Below are positions 58,036 through 64,000 of a stretch of 64,000 nt of DNA, piece after piece (position 1 is the first letter of the stretch; each line of letters starts with the position of its first letter). The stretch is from a virus (lineage: Duplodnaviria; Heunggongvirae; Uroviricota; Caudoviricetes): IMG/VR virus record IMGVR_UViG_2579778564_000015, positions 28,913 through 92,912 of that record. The stretch is one strand, 5' to 3'. The position numbers and the translations under genes were made by a program. The notes under the pieces were generated by a model. That model worked only from the letters and a program-made list of their open reading frames with translations, searched no databases and had not been told where the DNA came from.

Positions 58036-58114
58036 TATAGCCAGTTTGACGGAAAATAAGAATTAAAGGACAATGATGCCACACAAAATGAAATGCTTCT
58101 TAAAGGGGCAATAA

Positions 58115-58684
58115 GTGCGCATAGAAGAAGAAGTTTTTCTCGATGATTATGGGATGAGACGAAAAAAATTCGTTTATGATCATCGAGTTCATCACAGCTA
58201 CGTTTTTGTTGCCGGCAATGAAGTATATACCGTTATTGTGGGGAGTCTGGTTGACGAAGTGACCTTCACTCGAATCGGATACGAGATGCCCCCTGGCATT
58301 GCATTTCCTGCAAACGGAATGGCAGAAGTTTATTTTGACGTTTTCGACGGTATGGATGGTTTGGCCGACTTCCGCCACGTCAAATTTGAGGGATTAGGGA
58401 GTGCTGTGGTTTTGCAAACGGTTTCATTGGCGCTAATCGCGCACTATGAAAAATTTAACATTGGTGGATTTGTATTCCAGGCCGCTTCTGGTGGTGTCGT
58501 GGACATTGGGCGCCGCACGACTCTTGAAGAGACCTATGACTATATGCTTGGGTTAAAAAGTGAACCGCGCTATAATATACGTACAGGGTTGCCAAAGAAA
58601 GCTCCGCGACCACTGATACCGGAAGACTTACATGCGTACAAAACAATTACAGAGGGGAGAGCCTGCTATGTCGTATTACAATAA
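58115..58684 (+). CDS. hypothetical protein
   Basis: 189-aa ORF, GTG start with GGGG RBS or ATG at 58154. Confidence 0.4.
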   Translation: MRIEEEVFLDDYGMRRKKFVYDHRVHHSYVFVAGNEVYTVIVGSLVDEVTFTRIGYEMPPGIAFPANGMAEVYFDVFDGMDGLADFRHVKFEGLGSAVVLQTVSLALIAHYEKFNIGGFVFQAASGGVVDIGRRTTLEETYDYMLGLKSEPRYNIRTGLPKKAPRPLIPEDLHAYKTITEGRACYVVLQ

Positions 58685-58898
58685 GCACGAACGCACCGCA
58701 CTTCTCGGCTCTATTAATGGTGAGAAGAAGGTTTTGCAGGCGTTGGTTACTGCCGAGTTGAAGACTCACCCCGCTAACTCCGAGGCGTATTTACGCGGCC
58801 TTAAATCTGGTCTTTCTGCGGGCAAAAAACATTCATCTGCCACACTATTACGCAGAAAGTTGAAAGGCAGTCTCGTCCGAGAATTAAACGAAATTTAA
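58668..58898 (+). CDS. small basic hypothetical protein
   Basis: start at M13 of track ORF; GAGAG RBS. Confidence 0.35.
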   Translation: MSYYNKHERTALLGSINGEKKVLQALVTAELKTHPANSEAYLRGLKSGLSAGKKHSSATLLRRKLKGSLVRELNEI

Positions 58899-58909
58899 AA
58901 GATTCAGTA

Positions 58910-58937
58910 AAGAAGGGCCACTTATGTGGCCCTTCTT
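58910..58937. terminator. bidirectional terminator hairpin
   Basis: AAGAAGGGCCAC-ttat-GTGGCCCTTCTT between convergent genes. Confidence 0.5.
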
Positions 58938-59186
58938 TTACATAATACTTGCTAACTCAGCAAACTCCTCGTATCCACCGATCGGCTCCCCATTAACAAA
59001 GACCTGTGGTATGGTTTCTACCGATTTACCTACCAGTTCGCTTAACTTCTCCTTCCCAATGCCGGCCGCCACGATGTCAATGTATTCGTACTCGCCATAA
59101 CCGCGGCTTTGCAGCTGTTTCGCCAGCTCGACCGCTCGTTTGCAGTATGAGCAGTTGTCGCGTCCGTATATTGTGATCTCGGTCAT
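58938..59186 (-). CDS. glutaredoxin-like protein
   Basis: ITIYGRDNCSYCKRA CxxC active site, 82 aa. Confidence 0.7.
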   Translation of the reverse strand: MTEITIYGRDNCSYCKRAVELAKQLQSRGYGEYEYIDIVAAGIGKEKLSELVGKSVETIPQVFVNGEPIGGYEEFAELASIM

Positions 59187-59194
59187 TTAGTTAC

Positions 59195-59968
59195 CTATAA
59201 ATAAGCTTCAAGTGCAATTTTGCACAATTCAGAACGCACGCAATCTTCGGCCATGAACTCAATCAGACCAACTTGGCTAGACGGTTGGAACCGCTCCAGT
59301 GCGTCTTCCAGCCCTGATTTGACATTGCCTGGCAGATCGCATTGGGTAATATCCCCGTTAACGATAACCGTTACGTTCTCACCCATCCGGGTCAAGAACA
59401 TTTTCATTTGTGACGCCGTAACGTTTTGTGCTTCATCCAGTATCACAACAGCATTTTCGAACGTGCGTCCACGCATATATGCGAAGGGAGCAATCTCCAC
59501 TTTCGCAACATCTGGCTTTAAGCAATATTCGAGAAATGAGCTACCCAGACGCTTCTGTAGCACGTCATAGACAGGTCGGAAGAATGGAGCAAATTTCTCG
59601 CTTATATCGCCAGGAAGGAACCCCAGATCTTCTTCTGCTTGCAATACAGGACGAGTTACAATGATCTTATCGACTTCCTTATCCAGAAGACGTTGCGCTG
59701 CGACAGCAGTAGCCAGGTATGTTTTGCCACAGCCTGCCTCACCAGTGGCAAAAGTCAGCTCCTTATTATCTAACGAGATAAGATAATGAGCCTGAGCTTC
59801 GTTGAGGGCTTCGATTGGAGAGTTATCGCGTTTTGGTTTAGGGGGAAGAGCAGGGGTTGTAGTCAGTTCGTCAACGATGATGGCGTCTATTTCATATCCA
59901 TTAATGCGTGATTTGTTCTTTAGCACCTGACGGGCTGCGCGACGCGCCTGTTTACGTTTGTTTCCCAT
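59195..59968 (-). CDS. phoH: PhoH-like ATPase
   Basis: Walker A GEAGCGKTYLA; start at M6 with AAGGA RBS. Confidence 0.8.
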   Translation of the reverse strand: MGNKRKQARRAARQVLKNKSRINGYEIDAIIVDELTTTPALPPKPKRDNSPIEALNEAQAHYLISLDNKELTFATGEAGCGKTYLATAVAAQRLLDKEVDKIIVTRPVLQAEEDLGFLPGDISEKFAPFFRPVYDVLQKRLGSSFLEYCLKPDVAKVEIAPFAYMRGRTFENAVVILDEAQNVTASQMKMFLTRMGENVTVIVNGDITQCDLPGNVKSGLEDALERFQPSSQVGLIEFMAEDCVRSELCKIALEAYL

Positions 59969-60024
59969 ATTGAGTCCTTTCAAGTGAGTAACCAGACGAA
60001 CTATACCTAAAAGAAAACGAAAAT

Positions 60025-60050
60025 GTAAGTGAGTAGTTACCTATTTTCGG
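60025..60050 (-). promoter_or_regulatory. upstream motif B copy
   Basis: gtaagtgagtagttacctattttcgg. Confidence 0.35.
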
Positions 60051-60057
60051 TTTAATA

Positions 60058-60066
60058 CCCCCCCCC
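60058..60066. repeat. C9 homopolymer tract
   Basis: taccccccccctcc between abiH-like stop and phoH promoter. Confidence 0.6.
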
Positions 60067-60087
60067 TCCTAGTGGGCCGGTATTAAA

Positions 60088-60954
60088 TCAAGTCTTCGTA
60101 ATTTTTTCAAATATGTTGCTAGGATTTATTCCATAGTCACTCAGTTTTCCCGCCTTCGTTTCTCCTGGATACTTGGCAAGAACCCAAGTGGCATTTTTTG
60201 AAATAGACTGCGATATTTTAGTAAAATAGGGACCATCTACACTAGCCAGCGAATGTCCCAGAACTAGAACCTCATCAACCTCTGAATAACGGAGAAATTT
60301 CTCTTTGTGAGAATCGATAATAACATCGGTTGGCTTATATGAGTTTTTAAAGTAATTGTCTATATGATCATAGGCATCACTAACCCGAATATCTTGATCT
60401 GGCCCGTAATCAGTATTAAGAGAGTTTTTGTAGAATACATCGTGCCCAATAATTAAATTTTGTCCTATTTTTGCATTACCGTGGATATGTAGAATGTTCT
60501 CATCCGGAACACCATAAATATCCTGCAATGTGTTTGTATAGTTGAAGGTGAAAAAGTAACTGTCTCTGTTGATACTTGGGATATACCAAGACGGTGTTAA
60601 AGCACGAGAAAGATCGATAGCGTTGATCCAATCCCTTAATGCCAAAGGGAGTTCTTTTATTAATCGTTCGGTTATTTGTTCAATTTCATACGGAAAATCA
60701 TGGTTTGCGCTATCTCTCCAGTCATCATCTCCGGGTGACATTAGAAAGCAGCTATTTTCTTCAAATGCACCATCGTAATTGAAACTTCCTAATGCGCTTT
60801 CAAGATCATTCCATTCATCCTCTGTTGGGACAAAGTTGGAAATAGACTCATACAACTGTTGATTATGGCGTTTTACATACGCTTCAAAACAACAAAAGCG
60901 CGTTGGAAGGCCGTGTCTGATGTCAAATCCATTACCTATCACATACAACCGCAT
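60088..60954 (-). CDS. AbiH-family abortive infection-like protein
   Basis: N-terminal LYVIGNGFDIRHGLPT signature (AbiH family, from memory); AT-rich gene. Confidence 0.5.
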   Translation of the reverse strand: MRLYVIGNGFDIRHGLPTRFCCFEAYVKRHNQQLYESISNFVPTEDEWNDLESALGSFNYDGAFEENSCFLMSPGDDDWRDSANHDFPYEIEQITERLIKELPLALRDWINAIDLSRALTPSWYIPSINRDSYFFTFNYTNTLQDIYGVPDENILHIHGNAKIGQNLIIGHDVFYKNSLNTDYGPDQDIRVSDAYDHIDNYFKNSYKPTDVIIDSHKEKFLRYSEVDEVLVLGHSLASVDGPYFTKISQSISKNATWVLAKYPGETKAGKLSDYGINPSNIFEKITKT

Positions 60955-61184
60955 AACGCTTTCTCTTAGTCATTTTTAATATCATTCTACGCCATAGTGG
61001 CGTCAGCAAAAAGGGGCCGAAGCCCCTTTGGATTTTGCGCTGAAAAAAGTGTTGCTAAGATGCTAGAAGCTATGGTTAAAGAACGTCTGCCGTAATGTCT
61101 ATCACAGCGTTGAGCGGTCTGGCCATGGTGACAGACTGAGTTTTTTCGATAAGAAAAACATAACCAAACCGCTCAACGCTGTGT

Positions 61185-61271
61185 TGGCGGAGGATAATGG
61201 AATCGAACCATCATCGCTTTCGCAATGGGACGGTTTTCAAGACCGCTTGGGCGCCATGCCCTCTATCCTCC
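61185..61271 (-). tRNA. tRNA-Ser (anticodon TGA)
   Basis: GGAGGAT acceptor, CTTGAAA anticodon loop, long variable arm, GGTTCGATTCC T-arm, encoded CCA. Confidence 0.7.
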
Positions 61272-61329
61272 GTTCGTTGTGACGCCAGATGCTTATCTTC
61301 TGGTTGCTTCTACGAGCTGCAATTCATCA

Positions 61330-61418
61330 CAACGGTAAGGGCATTCAGGGAATCAGATCCGTCGCGAACAGCCAAAGAGCGCGCCTTCCCTGCTGTCGTC
61401 CAAATGCCCTTACCGTTG
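61330..61418 (-). ncRNA. large structured stem-loop between tRNAs
   Basis: 16-bp perfect stem caacggtaagggcatt/aatgcccttaccgttg with nested 7-bp stem; abuts tRNA-Asn 3' end. Confidence 0.4.
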
Positions 61419-61493
61419 TGGCGATGATGGGTGGATTCGAACCACCGACCAGTTGATTAACAGTCAACCGCTCTACCACTGAGCTACACCATC
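61419..61493 (-). tRNA. tRNA-Asn (anticodon GTT)
   Basis: GATGGTG acceptor, TAGCTCAGTGGTAGAGC D-arm, CTGTTAA loop, GGTTCGAATCC, CCA. Confidence 0.75.
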
Positions 61494-61706
61494 AATTTCG
61501 CAGCGGTACTAGCTTCGGAATCTGAAGTTTTCCCGCAACTTGCACTTTACGTTAGTGCCAGACGAGGCTTGCGGCTCGCTCAATTTGAGCGAAGATCTTA
61601 AAGACTACTCGGCGGTTGATAGGCGCCAGATGTTTAGATCTTATTGGATGTATGGAATCATCCATGTTGTGGCATCACATAATTTGCTACACCTGGAGGT
61701 ATTAAC

Positions 61707-62019
61707 CACAACGTTGAGACCACTTAACCGATTAGTTTTACCCAATTACAACCTTGTCAGTCTTACAGCCTCTGTGGATTTCACTGTATGATTGAAAGAA
61801 AACAGTGGTCTCAACGTTGTGTGCTGGCTTACCACGCCAGCCGGGTTACGTCGCCGCTTTAACCCAGATTAAACGACATAAGTAATGGAAATGACGTAAC
61901 AGGATGGGCGGTCGATAACTGAAACCGGGATGGGTGAATGGAATGAGGAAACCAACCGCCCATCCTGTTACTTCATCGAAGAGGGCATGCATGAGTGGTG
62001 TCGTGCCATGCATGCCCTC
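61707..62019 (-). ncRNA. structured noncoding region (three long perfect stems)
   Basis: 17-bp stem 61707/61805, 15-bp stem 61898/61955, 13-bp stem 61981/62007; no credible ORF. Confidence 0.4.
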
Positions 62020-62202
62020 TCCTGCGTTCTGCAATCACACTCGCTCAGTGTGTCCCATTTCGGTGACGAGGCTGGAAACTGACCTCGCTGGTGTTTGGCT
62101 TATTAGGCTACTGCCAGATACTGATTGTCGTTTGCAGTTATCTTTAAACGTTCAAACAGTCGCGTACTAACGAAAACAAAGCAATCTTATACATATAACA
62201 AA

Positions 62203-62231
62203 AATAAGTAAATACTTATCTATCTTTTATG
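62203..62231 (-). promoter_or_regulatory. upstream motif B copy (candidate promoter of ncRNA/tRNA cluster)
   Basis: aataagtaaatacttatctatcttttatg. Confidence 0.4.
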
Positions 62232-62521
62232 CGTTCAGTTGATAACTTTTTAATCAGGCTCCCCTTCGAAGAGGGGGTTCGTGAGACAGTGGCGGTAAAT
62301 CGCTTACCTTGGATAGTAATACTCTCGTGCGCCTTCAGTTCCCCATAACGGATTTCCAATAGGACGCCAAGACGCCATAATCCATCATCGATACGCTTTT
62401 TACTGGCAAATTTTATCAGCAACAATTTCACGATAAATTGGCCTGCCACGAATGCGCACACAAAACCAGCCATCGTAAAATATGAGACAAACAACCAGTC
62501 GAAAGAAGTCAGTTTCGTCAT
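62216..62521 (-). CDS. membrane protein
   Basis: 101 aa with N-terminal TM helices. Confidence 0.4.
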   Translation of the reverse strand: MTKLTSFDWLFVSYFTMAGFVCAFVAGQFIVKLLLIKFASKKRIDDGLWRLGVLLEIRYGELKAHESITIQGKRFTATVSRTPSSKGSLIKKLSTERIKDR

Positions 62522-62660
62522 TTTTGCCCCTCTGCTTCATGAAGATATATTCTCTTGCCTGTGCGCATAGATTTTGCTTCAAGCTGTTGCTTGACCAGAC
62601 GTCTATGAGTGATGAAGCCGCGTCTCAGGCCAATAGCCAAAGACAATATGATGTATGGAA

Positions 62661-62876
62661 TCATGAATAAGCCCCTGCGTCTGTCAGTTGTTTAAGTAAC
62701 TCGCGGCCTTTTTTGGTCAGTTGATAATTCTCCGCTTTCCCTTCCGGCTCGACGTTGGCCACCAAGTTCATTTTCTCAAGTTTGGCACGCGTTTTTGGTT
62801 GCCAATGAGCATAAAAGCACGACCATTTACTGATTTCACGCAAGGTTTCCCTTTCCCGCTTACTTAATACGATCAT
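62661..62876 (-). CDS. hypothetical protein
   Basis: 71-aa ORF. Confidence 0.4.
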   Translation of the reverse strand: MIVLSKRERETLREISKWSCFYAHWQPKTRAKLEKMNLVANVEPEGKAENYQLTKKGRELLKQLTDAGAYS

Positions 62877-63039
62877 CGCCAGTCTCCTTTAGCGTGTTAG
62901 TAATTTCGATGATGCGGTATATGTGACCACGTCTTTCCATCAGCCCACGCTTCACGTAATCGTTGATACAGCTGGACATCACCAGAATTCCGATGACGAA
63001 ACCGACACCCAAAAAAACGATCATCCAACCGAGCATCAT
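62860..63039 (-). CDS. small membrane protein (59 aa, not in ORF track)
   Basis: MMLGWMIVFLGVGFVIGILV..; GGAGATAAAGA RBS; overlaps ligase stop. Confidence 0.35.
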   Translation of the reverse strand: MMLGWMIVFLGVGFVIGILVMSSCINDYVKRGLMERRGHIYRIIEITNTLKETGDDRIK

Positions 63040-63884
63040 TCTTTATCTCCGATACGTTCTTCGGTATCGCGAAGGCATTTAGGCCATTTCAGCCGCGGAT
63101 GACGCAGACTGCCATCTGGCGTATACTCGTGGAAATTCACCTTCACAATACGCCCCATGTATTTGTCCTGGTTATGCCAGATCTCATCGAGGTAGCGATG
63201 CTTGATTCCAGAAGCGCGGACCTCAGTTCCATCTTCGAGTCGAATGACGATTTTGCCGAGGGTATGTGCAAAGCCAGCATCCGGATCTCCAGGTAGGAAG
63301 CCGATAATCTCTCCATCAGCTTCGTTTTCATCTTTTAGTTTCCACCAGCTACGGGTGCGCTTGAATTCATAGACGGAATCCGGATCTTTACCCATCTCCC
63401 CTTCTTCATTTGCGTCCAGACGCTTCATAAAGCGTTCTACATAGTCTTCGTGGCTGTAAATGATGTAGAAGGGATGCATATGAATATCTGTAGCGTAATC
63501 CTGACCGCGAGTATTTTTGAACCACGCCACCAACATTGAGAGACGCTGTTTCAGCTTCATACCGTTCTTCTGGTATTCGATCGTTTTAGCCTGAACGCGC
63601 CACTCAGGAAGAAAGAAATCGAAGATATGGTAGATGGCGCCGACAGCCTTCACCTTCTTCTTGCGCAGCGCTGAGACGGAGTTATTAAACGAACCAGCAG
63701 TACCTTCGCCATCAAAGAAGATGTGTTTGTAGCCTGATAGCTTCCCCAACTCCAGCATGGCGGGTTTAAGGTGATCGAGAGATGTTATAAGGTTGCCGGT
63801 GCGCGACAGGAAATTAACCTCTTCCTCATCTACAATGACTTCACAGATGACGCGCAGCCCATCCAGCTTGAGACTGCCGATCAT
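63036..63884 (-). CDS. ATP-dependent DNA ligase
   Basis: motif I KLDGLR, III FDGEG, IV EGEMGKD, V WWKLK; KxDG only 6 aa from annotated start. Confidence 0.6.
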   Translation of the reverse strand: MIGSLKLDGLRVICEVIVDEEEVNFLSRTGNLITSLDHLKPAMLELGKLSGYKHIFFDGEGTAGSFNNSVSALRKKKVKAVGAIYHIFDFFLPEWRVQAKTIEYQKNGMKLKQRLSMLVAWFKNTRGQDYATDIHMHPFYIIYSHEDYVERFMKRLDANEEGEMGKDPDSVYEFKRTRSWWKLKDENEADGEIIGFLPGDPDAGFAHTLGKIVIRLEDGTEVRASGIKHRYLDEIWHNQDKYMGRIVKVNFHEYTPDGSLRHPRLKWPKCLRDTEERIGDKE

Positions 63885-64000
63885 TGGCCACCTGACTTTG
63901 GGGTTTGGTTTGAATGGGTATTTGTCGCCTTTCTCCTTGTACGGAGAGGCCAGCTGTACCTCAAACTTCGGAATTGAGTTTTCGAACTACCTTATTGCAC

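Noticed and set aside
61540-62170. ORFs 61540..61791, 61846..62034 and 61934..62170
   Set aside because: They overlap the long perfect stems of the structured noncoding region and have no RBS.
1-64000. T5-like or other classical virulent-phage identity
   Set aside because: ThyA, DHFR, NrdAB, PhoH, SbcCD and tRNAs recall T5 or Felix O1. But the polymerase is DnaE-type rather than PolA, and a P1-type iteron replicon plus a lox-like site are present. That points to a phage-plasmid instead.

Overview
This 64-kb window looks like a dense segment of a large dsDNA phage-like replicon, transcribed mostly leftward (minus strand). The overall picture is a phage-plasmid. Recognisable genes (by my own reading of motifs; no database search was run) fall into three groups. 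Nucleotide metabolism: nrdA, nrdB, a long-form thyA, DHFR, a dNMP-kinase-like P-loop kinase, a tandem MazG-like NTP pyrophosphohydrolase and a glutaredoxin. Replication and recombination: dnaE (Pol III alpha with a PHP domain) plus a separate DnaQ-like exonuclease, a RecA homolog, a T4 gp32-like SSB, a flap endonuclease, RNase HI, an ATP-dependent ligase, SbcC/SbcD-like proteins and a RuvC-like resolvase. Others: two Dam-type N6-adenine methyltransferases, PhoH, and a CobS/CobT-like AAA+/vWA pair preceded by a HExxH protein. A complete P1-type plasmid replicon is embedded at 37.8-39.7 kb: two DnaA boxes, five GATC heptamers, iterons, repA, and a downstream iteron array. A tyrosine recombinase sits next to a loxP-like 13-7-13 site and an XRE-family HTH regulator. 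From memory this gene content resembles SSU5/pHCM2-like phage-plasmids; that is an inference. Two families of palindromic upstream motifs (A: AAACAA-T-TTGTTT...GGTG.TAATTATC; B: ATAAGTA-N-TACTTAT..TATTTT) precede nearly every leftward transcription unit. Two tRNAs (Ser-TGA, Asn-GTT) flank a heavily structured noncoding region at 61.3-62.2 kb. An AbiH-like abortive-infection gene lies in an AT-rich islet. Many small ORFs have no assignable function, and several starts were re-picked by codon arithmetic from the ORF track. Motif and hairpin coordinates may be off by 1-2 nt.
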